From NCBI GenBank assembly GCA_036560105.1, contig DATBRU010000019.1, forward strand, positions 22,252 through 86,251: DNA of 64,000 nucleotides, read 5' to 3'. The position numbers and the translations under genes are program-made. The DNA comes from Candidatus Limnocylindria bacterium. Its GTDB lineage: Bacteria > Chloroflexota > Limnocylindria > QHBO01. Positions 10,240 through 22,233 of this stretch are shown here, piece after piece. Within the stretch, counting starts at the first letter, position 1; each line of letters begins with the position of its first letter. The notes below the pieces were generated by a model. That model saw only the letters and a program-made list of their open reading frames with translations. It searched no databases and was not told where the DNA came from.

Positions 10240-11015
10240 CGATCGAGGCCATCTTCTTCGTCAACTGGATCTTCTGGGCCGCGATCTCGGCAGGGACCCT
10301 CCTGGTGGTGGGTCTCACCGAGCTGGGCGGCGGCACGACGCGCGGGTATCGGCTCTTCATGGCGGCGCTCCTGGTCCTGTTTGCGGCGGTCCTGGTGGCC
10401 AGCGACCTTGCGCTGCCTCCGGACGTCACCGCGTCCGCCACGCAGGGGCTGCGACGCCCGCTGACGCTGGCCTTTGCCGCCGGTGCCGGGCTCTACCTCG
10501 TGGCCTCGATCGTTCGCTGGCCCAGGGCCTGGCTCGCCGTCGGCTCTGGCCTCCTGGGGATCGCCGCCCTCGTCGCACTTGCCGCGGCAGGAGGGACGCT
10601 CAGCGAGCCGATCTTCGCCTCGCAGCTCGTCCTGGCCGCATTGGCCCTCGGGGCGGTGAACGCCGGCATGCTGCTCGGGCACTGGTACCTGGTGACCCCG
10701 AAGCTCTCGCCGACGCCGCTGCGCCGCATGATGTGGCTCCTCATCGCCGCCCTCGCCCTCCAGGGCCTCGTGTTCGGTGTCGCCCTCGTCGTGATCGGCA
10801 CGGATCCGCTGGAAGGCACGTTCGCCTGGCTCGCCTGGCTCAGGCTCGGCGCCGGAATCGTGCTGCCGATCGTCGCCGCCGTCCTCGCGCTGCTCGCGAC
10901 TCGGTCCGCCTCGCTCCAGGCATCCACCGGCCTCCTCTACATCGGCCTGGCGCTGGTGATGGCCGGTTCGATCGCCGGCGCCAGCATCACCTACCTGACC
11001 GGCGTGCCGGTCTAG
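10236..11015 (+). CDS. integral membrane protein (hypothetical)
   Basis: Highly hydrophobic 259-aa product with about 7-8 helices. It is translationally coupled to the Rieske gene and sits 4 nt upstream of the MoaD-MoaE gene. Confidence 0.55.
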   Translation: MTIEAIFFVNWIFWAAISAGTLLVVGLTELGGGTTRGYRLFMAALLVLFAAVLVASDLALPPDVTASATQGLRRPLTLAFAAGAGLYLVASIVRWPRAWLAVGSGLLGIAALVALAAAGGTLSEPIFASQLVLAALALGAVNAGMLLGHWYLVTPKLSPTPLRRMMWLLIAALALQGLVFGVALVVIGTDPLEGTFAWLAWLRLGAGIVLPIVAAVLALLATRSASLQASTGLLYIGLALVMAGSIAGASITYLTGVPV

Positions 11016-11019
11016 GCCG

Positions 11020-11670
11020 ATGCGGGTCACGGCACGCACGTTCGCCTCGTTGCGCGAGCTCTCCGCGGACCGATGCGAGCTGACGCTCGCCGAGGGTGCG
11101 ACGCTCGAGGACGCCTGGGACGCGCTCGCCGCGCAGTTCGCCGCGATCACCGTCCACCGGCCCTTCGTCAGAGCGGCGCGGAACGGCGCGTACGCGGGTT
11201 GGGCCGATGCCCTCGCCGATGGAGACGAGGTTGCCTTCCTGCCGCCGGTGAGCGGCGGAAGCTCCGGCCTCACCACCGATGCGATCGACGTGGCCGCGCT
11301 CGAGCACGCCACCGCGGACCTCGAGCACGGTGCCGTCGTGACCTTCGTGGGTCGCGCTCGGCGTCGCGGGGACGACGGCCGCGAGGTCACCGAGCTGGAG
11401 TACGAGGTGTATCCGGAGATGGCCGCCTCGGTGCTCGACGAGATCGCCAACGAGGCGGAGGGCCGGTGGGGCGCACGAGTCGCCGTGGTGCATCGGCACG
11501 GCCTGGTCCCTCTGGGCGAGGCGGCGGTCGCGATCGTGACCGCAGCGGCGCACCGGGGCGAGGCATACGAGGCCAACCGGTTTGTGATCGAAGCGATCAA
11601 GGAGCGACTGCCGATCTGGAAGCGTGAGCGCTTCGTCGACGGCAGCGAGTGGAAGCGCCCGGGCGCCTAG
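11020..11670 (+). CDS. moaX: fused molybdopterin synthase MoaD-MoaE (MoaX-like)
   Basis: N-terminal 80 aa is a MoaD ubiquitin-like fold ending in ...DGDEVAFLPPVSGG. The remainder is MoaE (AVVTFVGRAR..., RLPIWKRERF). Confidence 0.8.
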   Translation: MRVTARTFASLRELSADRCELTLAEGATLEDAWDALAAQFAAITVHRPFVRAARNGAYAGWADALADGDEVAFLPPVSGGSSGLTTDAIDVAALEHATADLEHGAVVTFVGRARRRGDDGREVTELEYEVYPEMAASVLDEIANEAEGRWGARVAVVHRHGLVPLGEAAVAIVTAAAHRGEAYEANRFVIEAIKERLPIWKRERFVDGSEWKRPGA

Positions 11671-11702
11671 GCTCCCGTCGCCGCGCCTAGGCGCCGCGTG
11701 CA

Positions 11703-12854
11703 ATGAATTTCGCGGGAAGGCACAATGCGCGGATCATGGCGACCCCCAAGCCGGGCGAGATCCGCTGCCCGACCTGCCACCGATCAACGCCGCCGGCCGC
11801 CTTCTGCACCCAGTGCGGTTCGGTCATTCCGCCGGATGCCCGCGCGCGTCCGCGCGGCATGGATCGTGACGAGCTCCAGGACCGCATCCGCGCGCGCCGC
11901 TCCGGAGGCGATCCCTATCGGCGCGGGTCGGAGGCGGATGAGGGGACCGGCGTGTACGAGCGGTTCGAGCCGGACGAGTCCGATGCGCTCGTCCGTGCCG
12001 CGGCGCGTGACGACGAGCCGCGGCAGGACCTGCTCGACGAGTCGGCGGCGCCAGCCCCGATGCCGCCGGATCTCACACGCGACGACGACGACTGGGTCGC
12101 GCCACCCCCGGCGGTCCCGGTCGCGGCTGCGGCGATCGCGGCGACGGCCGCGGCGGCACAGCCGCCTCCGGACGATCTGCCGGCCGCCGCTCCATCCGAC
12201 GGGCCGTACGACGACCAATACGCCGATACCTTCGATGACGCGTATCCGGATCAGTACGAAGGGTGGGACGAGCCCCGTGAGCGATCGGGAACAGGGCCAC
12301 TCGCGATCGTCGGGTTCCTCGGTCTCGGCGTCCTGGCGCTCCTGGCCGGGGCGGTGCTGGCCAGCCTGTGGGGCTCGGGCGGCGTCGGCCAGGGTGACGA
12401 ATCCCCCACGCCGGCCGCCAGCGTCGCCCCGAGCGTCGGGGCAACCCCCGAGGTCACCGCCAGCCCGGTGGCCAGCGTCGAGCCGAGCGGATCGGCCACG
12501 GCCAGCGGAGGGCCGATCGTCTTTCCCGATGGCTTCGTGGCCGAGGCACAACCGTGCCTGCCGGGGAGCTCCGGAGGCAACGGCTGCGACTCGAACGGTG
12601 TGAGCAACACCGGCGCGGTCGATATCTGGGTCGGCTTCGAGAACGGCAACGCCAACGACGTCATCGGCGCCACGGTCGAGGCGCCCGACGGCTCCACGAC
12701 CGACGGGTCGATCGACCTCTCGCGCATCGGGTGCGGCCGGGAGTGCAACGGCTACACCTGGTTCTCGTTCTCCGACCTGGAGCCCGGGACCTACGAGGTG
12801 CGGATCACGCGCAACGGGGAGCCGGCCGGATCCACGATGTTCGAGGTGACCTGA
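11703..12854 (+). CDS. membrane-anchored protein with N-terminal zinc ribbon, Pro/Ala/Asp-rich linker and C-terminal Cys-containing beta-domain
   Basis: CPTCHRS...CTQCG zinc ribbon, a single TM helix (LAIVGFLGLGVLALLAGAVLASLW), and a C-terminal about 110-aa domain homologous to the next gene. Confidence 0.5.
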   Translation: MNFAGRHNARIMATPKPGEIRCPTCHRSTPPAAFCTQCGSVIPPDARARPRGMDRDELQDRIRARRSGGDPYRRGSEADEGTGVYERFEPDESDALVRAAARDDEPRQDLLDESAAPAPMPPDLTRDDDDWVAPPPAVPVAAAAIAATAAAAQPPPDDLPAAAPSDGPYDDQYADTFDDAYPDQYEGWDEPRERSGTGPLAIVGFLGLGVLALLAGAVLASLWGSGGVGQGDESPTPAASVAPSVGATPEVTASPVASVEPSGSATASGGPIVFPDGFVAEAQPCLPGSSGGNGCDSNGVSNTGAVDIWVGFENGNANDVIGATVEAPDGSTTDGSIDLSRIGCGRECNGYTWFSFSDLEPGTYEVRITRNGEPAGSTMFEVT

Positions 12855-12864
12855 GCCCGCGTAG

Positions 12865-13476
12865 TTGGCGTGCGGCGTGCAGGAAGCGGACGGTGAGATG
12901 GGCGGGATGACGTTCGAGCGAGCCCGGATCCCACTGGCGGCCGTCCTACTGGGGATCGCCCTCTTCGCGCTGTGGCCACGCGACGGCGGCGGGGGCCAGG
13001 CGACGGCCGAGGAGAGCGCGCGGGCGGCCATGGTCGTCGAGGTCGGCGGTGAGGTCGTTCTCGAGCCAACCGTGGCGCCGACGCCAGTGGCCACCCCCGT
13101 TCCGACCGCCGAGCCGACACCGGAAGCGACTCCCGTCCCAACGCCGCCCCAGCCCGACACATTCACTGCCGACGTCCTCGCATGCCGCGACAACGATGGA
13201 GCGGACTGCCGGGGCGAGTTCGAGCGCTTCCCGCGGCGTGGAGAGAGCTTCACCGCGCTCGTGCGGTTCGAGGACGCGAGAGCCGGTGACACGATCAGCG
13301 TCACGCTCACCGGCCCTGGCGTTCAGATCAACGGCGGACCGTTCACGCTCGAGGGCGCCGGCGACGGCTATTACTACTCGCGCATCACCTACGGTGACCT
13401 CGATCGGGGAGACTACGTCCTCGCCGCACTGCGCAACGGCGCCGAGGTTACGCGCACGACCCTGCGTCAGCGCTGA
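12865..13476 (+). CDS. membrane-anchored secreted-domain protein, paralog of the preceding gene
   Basis: TM or signal segment, PT-rich linker, and a C-terminal domain with a Cys pair that shares the ...G.Y....RNGE....T ending with the 11703-12854 product. Confidence 0.5.
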   Translation: MACGVQEADGEMGGMTFERARIPLAAVLLGIALFALWPRDGGGGQATAEESARAAMVVEVGGEVVLEPTVAPTPVATPVPTAEPTPEATPVPTPPQPDTFTADVLACRDNDGADCRGEFERFPRRGESFTALVRFEDARAGDTISVTLTGPGVQINGGPFTLEGAGDGYYYSRITYGDLDRGDYVLAALRNGAEVTRTTLRQR

Positions 13477-13479
13477 GGC

Positions 13480-14568
13480 TCAGCCGCCCCCCGAGGTCTC
13501 GCCGAGCCGGTGCGGGATGTCGCGCGGCTGGCCGCCGGCATCCCGCCGACGCGCGGCCAGCGCGCTGATGGCCTCCAGCACGCAGCGATGCGCCGCCGCC
13601 GCTGTCACCGAAGCCTGGTCGTACGGCGGGGACACCTCGACCACGTCCATGCCGGCCAGCTCGACGGCGCTCACGACCTGGCGGATGGCGCGAAGGAGCT
13701 CGCGGGTGAGCATCCCGCCCGGTTCCGGTGTCCCGGTGCCCGGTGCCATGCCCGGGTCGATCACGTCGATGTCCACGGACAGGTAGATCACCTCCGGCCC
13801 GTCGAGCGCCTGGGCGATGGCGTCGGCGACGACCGCCTCGGCCCCCCGCTCCTCGATCTCGGTCATGAGGTGCCACCGCATGCCCTGGTCGCGCATCCAT
13901 CCGAGGGTCTCCGGTCCCGGCCAGTAGCCGCGGAGGCCGACCTGCACGAAGTTTCGACCGGCGACCGCCCCCGATTCGATGAGCCGTCGCATCGGCGTCC
14001 CGTGCGATCGGAGGTTGCCCCACGTGGCGTTCGCCGCGTCCGCATGGGCGTCGAAGTGGACGATGCCGAGGCGCCGAGGAGCCACCACGCGTGAGACGGC
14101 CGTGGCCGACGGGTAGGTGATGGAGTGATCCCCGCCGAGGATGATGGGGATCGCGCCGCTGCTGGCCACCTCGAACACCTTCTGCTCGATGACCAGGTGC
14201 CCGCGCTCGATGTCCATCGGATGCACGGGTGCGTCCCCCGCGTCGACGACGTCGAGCCACTCGTACGGCTCCACGTCAAGCTGCAGGGAGTTGATCGACC
14301 CCGAGTGGTAGCTCGCCTCCCGGATGGCCCGCGGCCCGAAGCGGGCACCCGGGCGATGGCTCACCGCATCGTCGAACGGAGCTCCGATGATGGCGACGTC
14401 CGGGCGCCGTTCGGCGAGGACAGACGCATCGGTCAGCCAAGGCAGCTTCTGGAAGCTGGGCAGCCCCACGTAGCTGGGAAGGTCGAACTCGTCGTAGGCC
14501 GTGTACGGGTCGCCGCTGGGTGGCGACTCATCGTTCATGCCTCGGCCTCGGCCGTTCACGTCGGTCAT
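13480..14568 (-). CDS. arginase-family ureohydrolase (agmatinase / guanidino-acid hydrolase-like)
   Basis: GGDHSITYP, HFDAHADA and SVDIDVIDPGMAPGTGTPEPGG metal-binding motifs. Start trimmed to MTDVNG; the first 73 codons of the ORF are R/A-rich read-through. Confidence 0.8.
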   Translation of the reverse strand: MTDVNGRGRGMNDESPPSGDPYTAYDEFDLPSYVGLPSFQKLPWLTDASVLAERRPDVAIIGAPFDDAVSHRPGARFGPRAIREASYHSGSINSLQLDVEPYEWLDVVDAGDAPVHPMDIERGHLVIEQKVFEVASSGAIPIILGGDHSITYPSATAVSRVVAPRRLGIVHFDAHADAANATWGNLRSHGTPMRRLIESGAVAGRNFVQVGLRGYWPGPETLGWMRDQGMRWHLMTEIEERGAEAVVADAIAQALDGPEVIYLSVDIDVIDPGMAPGTGTPEPGGMLTRELLRAIRQVVSAVELAGMDVVEVSPPYDQASVTAAAAHRCVLEAISALAARRRDAGGQPRDIPHRLGETSGGG

Positions 14569-14666
14569 GGCGCGTTCGAGCGTCACCTCCGGCGGGTGAG
14601 CGGGCGCCGTCGCGATGCGGAGCAGGCCCGTTCGGTGACCGATCCTAGCACTACCATCCGAGGCCG

Positions 14667-14981
14667 ATGACCACCCATCCGTCCTACACCCCGGACCAGG
14701 CGCGCGCGCTCCTGCCCGAGGTTCGAGCCACGCTCCTGCAGCTGGCGGTCGAGCGCCGGCGTCCTGATGCCCGCACGCCCGATGCACGCGCCGGCATGCT
14801 GGCGCTCTTCGAGCACCTCGAATCGCTGGGAATCATCGTGCGCGACCTCGAGGCCGGGCTGGTCGACTTCCCCACGACGCGTGATGGGGAGCCCGCCTGG
14901 CTCTGCTGGCGGCTGTCCGATCCCGACCTTGCCTATTGGCACACCACCAGCGAGGGCTTCGCATCGCGGCGGCCCATCTAG
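14667..14981 (+). CDS. small conserved hypothetical protein (DUF2203-like)
   Basis: 104 aa with the motifs ...ARALLPEVRA... and ...GLVDFP...WLCWRL...AYWH...GFASRRPI, as recalled for the DUF2203 family. Confidence 0.5.
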   Translation: MTTHPSYTPDQARALLPEVRATLLQLAVERRRPDARTPDARAGMLALFEHLESLGIIVRDLEAGLVDFPTTRDGEPAWLCWRLSDPDLAYWHTTSEGFASRRPI

Positions 14982-14983
14982 CC

Positions 14984-15892
14984 ATGGTGGCTCCGCTCAT
15001 CGTCGTCGTTGGCGACGCCATGCTCGACATCACCGTCCGTCCGGCCCTGTCCCCGCGCGAAGGGGGTGACGTGCCGGCCGACATTCGCCTGGGACCCGGA
15101 GGGCAGGGGGCGAACGTGGCGGTCCGTCTCGCTCGCCACGGTCTGCCCGTGCGGCTCGTGTGCGCCATCGGAGACGATGCCGCCGGACGGATCATCCGTG
15201 AGAGCCTGGCGGCCAGTGATGTCGCCATCAACGACATCGGCGCCGAGGCCAGCGGCGCGGTCATCGTCATGCTCGGCGCCGGTGGTGAGCGAACGATGCT
15301 GAGCCATCGCGCACCTCTGGGGCGCCGCCTCTCCGCGGAGCCTCTCACCCGTGCCGACTGGCTCATCGTGTCGGGATACCTCCTTGCCGAGCGAGATCGC
15401 GGAGTCCTGGAGATCGCAGCCGGGGACATCGGTCGCCGCGTGGTGCTCGGCTGCTCGCTCGAGCAGGCGCTGGCACCCGCCTGGGCCGATGCCGCAGCCG
15501 CGCTGCGGCCGCATCTGACCATCCTCAACGACACGGAGGCAGCAACGATCGCCGGTGCGGTGGATCGCCCCGCGGTGCTGTCGAGGCGGATTGCCGATCG
15601 GCTTGGAGGCCTCGTCGTCGTTTCTCATCGGTCGGGCGCGGCCATCGCGATCGGCGACCAAGAGGTCGAGGTCGAGGCGGCCTCGGCGGATATGGCCGTC
15701 GACACCACCGGAGCAGGGGACGCGCTCGCGGCGCGCCTGGTGGCCGCGCTGATCGACGCGGACTGGCCTCCCGGCGTCGAGCGGGTGCGGCCGGCGCTGG
15801 CCTCGGCCATCGCCACGGCAGCCGAGGTGGCGCGTCTCGCCGGCGCCCAGGCGCGCACGAGTGACGAAGCGGGGGGTACCGTGCGCCGGTGA
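14984..15892 (+). CDS. psuK: PfkB-family carbohydrate kinase, probable pseudouridine kinase
   Basis: N-terminal GG motif (LGPGGQGANVAV) and C-terminal DTTGAGDA anion hole. It lies immediately upstream of psuG with a 4-nt overlap. Confidence 0.7.
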   Translation: MVAPLIVVVGDAMLDITVRPALSPREGGDVPADIRLGPGGQGANVAVRLARHGLPVRLVCAIGDDAAGRIIRESLAASDVAINDIGAEASGAVIVMLGAGGERTMLSHRAPLGRRLSAEPLTRADWLIVSGYLLAERDRGVLEIAAGDIGRRVVLGCSLEQALAPAWADAAAALRPHLTILNDTEAATIAGAVDRPAVLSRRIADRLGGLVVVSHRSGAAIAIGDQEVEVEAASADMAVDTTGAGDALAARLVAALIDADWPPGVERVRPALASAIATAAEVARLAGAQARTSDEAGGTVRR

Positions 15893-16818
15893 GCCACCAC
15901 GTCCTCCTCATCGCCGCCGAGGTGCGCGCTGCGCTCGATGAAGGGCAGCCCGTCGTGGCCCTCGAATCGTCGCTCATCGCGCAGGGCCTCCCGGTGCCCC
16001 ACAACCTCGAGACGGCCCTCGCGGCCGAAGCCGCAGTCCGCGAATCCGGGGCGGTTCCGGCCACCACGGCACTCGATGCCGGCCGTCTCGTGGTCGGGGC
16101 GGACCGGCAGCTCCTCGAGCGCCTTGCCGATCCAGCAGCCACCGTCGCCAAGGCGGCCTCCCGTGACCTCGGGCCGTTACTCGCCGCCGGCACGCTCGCG
16201 TCGACCACCGTCAGCGCGACGATGCGCATCGCGCACATGGCCGGTATCGGCATGCTTGCGACGGGGGGCATCGGCGGAGTCCACCGCGGCGCGGCGACGA
16301 CGTTCGACGTCTCCAGCGACATCGATGAGCTCGCCATGACTCCGGTAGCGGTCGTCTGTTCGGGAGCCAAGTCGATCCTCGACCTGGCGCTTACGCTCGA
16401 GCTGCTCGAGACCAGGCGCGTGCCGGTCATCGGCTATGGCACCGACGAGCTGCCCGCCTTCTACAGCACCAGCTCGGGCCTCGCGCTGGGCCACCGCGTC
16501 GACGGCCCGGGCCAGGCAGCCGCAGCGATACGGATGCATCGGTCCGTCACCGGTTTCGGGGGCGTGCTCGTCGTCCAGCCACCTCCGGCCGCGCTCGCCA
16601 TCGATGCAATGGAGGTCGACGCCTGGATCGGCGACGCCGTGGCAGACGCCGAACGGAGAGGTGTGCATGGCGGTGCCGTGACGCCATACCTTCTCGGGTA
16701 TCTGGCGCGGGCATCCGATGGCCGCACCCTCCGGGTGAACATCGGCCTCATCGTGGGCAATGCCCGGACCGCGGGAGCCATCGCGGCAGCCGAATCGGCG
16801 GCGGATCGTCAGTCTTGA
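15889..16818 (+). CDS. psuG: pseudouridine-5'-phosphate glycosidase
   Basis: IndA/YeiN family signature (VALESSLIAQGLPVPHN, GGIGGVHRGA, CSGAKSILD); 309 aa. Confidence 0.85.
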   Translation: MSHHVLLIAAEVRAALDEGQPVVALESSLIAQGLPVPHNLETALAAEAAVRESGAVPATTALDAGRLVVGADRQLLERLADPAATVAKAASRDLGPLLAAGTLASTTVSATMRIAHMAGIGMLATGGIGGVHRGAATTFDVSSDIDELAMTPVAVVCSGAKSILDLALTLELLETRRVPVIGYGTDELPAFYSTSSGLALGHRVDGPGQAAAAIRMHRSVTGFGGVLVVQPPPAALAIDAMEVDAWIGDAVADAERRGVHGGAVTPYLLGYLARASDGRTLRVNIGLIVGNARTAGAIAAAESAADRQS

Positions 16819-16883
16819 CCTGATCCGATCCGGCGGTATGCTCGGGGCCCGGCCGGGAAGTCTGCGGAGGATCTGGCACGCCA

Positions 16884-17408
16884 ATGAGGATCTACGAAGG
16901 AAGCCCGCGTCAGAACTGGGAGGAGGTCCTGCGCAGCATCGGCGCCTTCGCCGATCAGGAGAAGCTGAAGGAGCTCCTCCTCCTCGAGCTCGATGCCGGT
17001 TTCCTGCTCCAGGGCCTCGGCCTCCAGGGCGGAGGAGCCGATTCCGACAGCTTCGGCTCGACCGCGAAGCGCACCTATGAGCTGGCCGACGACCAGGTGG
17101 CGGAGATGATGGACGCCATGGAGGCGCGCCGCGGGACCGCGGTCGGCAACAAGCCGCACGCCGACCTCATGAACTACTACGAGCAGGCGCTGCGGATCAT
17201 CGGCGCCTACATCGACAACCAGCGGGCGCACGACGTCTTCTTCTTCGAGCAGGACGGTTCATTCGTGGTGCGCCTGTTCGGCGTGGCCGGTTCTCATGGC
17301 GCAGGCCACCAGCTCTCCGAGTTCACCAAGGACGAGATACTGGCTATGATCGAGTCCGCACCCGATCATCGAGGCACGAAGGCGTCCGCGCAGCAGGGCG
17401 CCGGCTAA
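16884..17408 (+). CDS. hypothetical protein
   Basis: 174-aa ORF with genome-typical GC3 and a GGAGGA RBS 6 nt upstream. I recognised no family. Confidence 0.55.
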   Translation: MRIYEGSPRQNWEEVLRSIGAFADQEKLKELLLLELDAGFLLQGLGLQGGGADSDSFGSTAKRTYELADDQVAEMMDAMEARRGTAVGNKPHADLMNYYEQALRIIGAYIDNQRAHDVFFFEQDGSFVVRLFGVAGSHGAGHQLSEFTKDEILAMIESAPDHRGTKASAQQGAG

Positions 17409-17423
17409 ACAGGGGTTTCTCCC

Positions 17424-17576
17424 ATGAAGGCGCTCAAGGTTCTCCTCATCAGTATTGGCGCGTTGCTCGCCGCGGTCATCGTGATCCCGCTGACCATCCT
17501 CGCCGGACTGTTCGTGTGGCTCAAGCTCACCGAAGAGGCCGATGACGAGGAGCTCGATCTCGACGACGCGATCTGA
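17424..17576 (+). CDS. small membrane protein (50 aa) with an acidic C-tail
   Basis: MKALKVLLISIGALLAAVIVIPLTILAGLFVWLKLTEEADDEELDLDDAI; high GC3; AGGGG RBS. Not in the supplied track because it is under 60 aa. Confidence 0.4.
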   Translation: MKALKVLLISIGALLAAVIVIPLTILAGLFVWLKLTEEADDEELDLDDAI

Positions 17577-17612
17577 GTCGTCCCGGGTCCGGAGCGGGGC
17601 GTGAGCACGCGC

Positions 17613-17823
17613 GCCGAGCCGGCACGGCCGGACGGGCCGGCCGCACACGCTCGGCCGCGCTTGATCCAGCCCCGCGGCGGCTCCTGAACGGTCAGCTCAC
17701 CCGGTACGTGGCCGCCTCCGGTAGACGACATCGCGCCCAGCCGGCACGGCCGGACGGGCCGGCCTCACACGCTCGCCGGTGATCCAGCCCCGCAGCGGCT
17801 CCTGAACGGTCAGCTCACCCGGT
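17613..17823. repeat. tandem direct repeat: two copies of about 90 bp at about 90% identity (17613-17705 and 17735-17823), period about 122 bp
   Basis: Copy B includes the last 9 nt of the UbiA-family gene. Both copies carry the GGCCGG-ACGGG-CCGGCC hairpin and the motif CTCCTGAACGGTCAGCTCACCCGGT. The repeat explains the two near-identical spurious ORFs in the track (…GELTVQEP(P/L)RGWI…). Confidence 0.7.
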
Positions 17824-18636
17824 GGCGAGGGCCCATGCCACCGTCCAGCAGACGGCCGCGGCGAGCATTCCGGGCCACAGACGTTCCACTCGGAAGGCGC
17901 CGGGGAGGAGCGCAATGAGCCCGGCTACCCCAAACCCGAGCGTGGCGATTGGCTGCTGCCCGCCCGCGATGAGCGCCGCACCCACCCCCAACCCGACGGC
18001 TGTCGCCATGCCGATGGCGACGAGGTGGGTCTTCCGACGTCCGAGCACCTGGGCCAGGTTGCGCGAACCCATGCGTTGGTCGGCATCGAAGTCGCGCAAC
18101 GTGTTGGCCAGGTGTGCCGCGGCGGCGAACGGGCCGACCAGCAGCGGTGCCACGGCGACCCGGTCGAGCGGGACCCCCACGCCGGCGGCCACCCACAGCG
18201 GCAGGACTCCGAAGCTGATGAGATACGGCACCACCGAGAAGGGACTCCGCGAGAGCAACAGGTCGTAGGTGACGGCCGATGCCGACGCCACGGTTCCCAG
18301 CGCCAGCGTCACCCAGCCCAGCGGCGCCGAGGCAGTGACCTGAAGGATCACGCCGAAGGCCGCCACCAGGAGCGCCGCCCGCGGCGTGACCGCGCCGGAG
18401 GGGATCGGCTTGGTCGGCTGCACCACGGCATCGCGATCGCGGTCGGCCCAGTCGTTGAGCGCGCCGGTGAGGATCTGCGACCCCGCGACCGCGAGCGAGA
18501 TCAGGGCCCATCGAATCGAGATCGGCTGCAGTCCCGCTTGCGCGGCGACGATCGCGCCGAGCGCTGCGCTCAGCGCAACGACCGTCAGTGCCGGCGCGGG
18601 ATGGATGAGCCGGACGATCCCTGGCATGTGGGGCAT
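17815..18636 (-). CDS. UbiA family prenyltransferase
   Basis: NDWADRDRD (NDxxDxxxD) motif; about 8 TM helices; second Asp-rich region DFDADQRMG. Confidence 0.8.
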   Translation of the reverse strand: MPHMPGIVRLIHPAPALTVVALSAALGAIVAAQAGLQPISIRWALISLAVAGSQILTGALNDWADRDRDAVVQPTKPIPSGAVTPRAALLVAAFGVILQVTASAPLGWVTLALGTVASASAVTYDLLLSRSPFSVVPYLISFGVLPLWVAAGVGVPLDRVAVAPLLVGPFAAAAHLANTLRDFDADQRMGSRNLAQVLGRRKTHLVAIGMATAVGLGVGAALIAGGQQPIATLGFGVAGLIALLPGAFRVERLWPGMLAAAVCWTVAWALATG

Positions 18637-18668
18637 CGTACGGGGCGACTCGACTGGATCGGCGGCGG

Positions 18669-22011
<3,343 letters not shown>

Positions 22012-22233
22012 GCCGCAAGGTTTCCCAACAAGGCTTCATTGGGGCTTCACTGGGACCTCTGCGATTCCCGATCCCACCGCACGATCCGCCGCTGACAGCG
22101 GTCGGGTCGACTCCCACCGGACGCCCCGTGCGGCTCGTCAGCCCCGCACCGGAGCCGCAAGAACGGCGGCATCTCTGAACCCACTCTTCGAGGTCCTCTC
22201 CTCAATGAACCACCGCAGCCAGGCCGGGCGAAC

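Noticed and set aside
9789-11600. 603-aa minus-strand ORF and other long antisense ORFs (19064-20746, 39256-40743, 11784-13310, 2950-4104, 33913-35187, 42246-44081, 62658-63995)
   Set aside because: Each is antisense to a well-supported gene (pyrG, the PEP enzyme, leuS, the ABC transporter, CYTH-CHAD, and others) and encodes Arg/Pro/Gly-rich low-complexity sequence.
17405-17915. Two minus-strand ORFs with near-identical C-termini (…GELTVQEP(P/L)RGWI…)
   Set aside because: They are artefacts of the 90-bp tandem direct repeat and are not paralogous genes.
14984-18636. Idea that PsuK/PsuG plus the nearby UbiA prenyltransferase form a C-glycoside or prenylated-nucleotide pathway
   Set aside because: The genes are on opposite strands and are separated by unrelated ORFs and a repeat. 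psuK-psuG alone fully explains the pair, and there is no supporting evidence.
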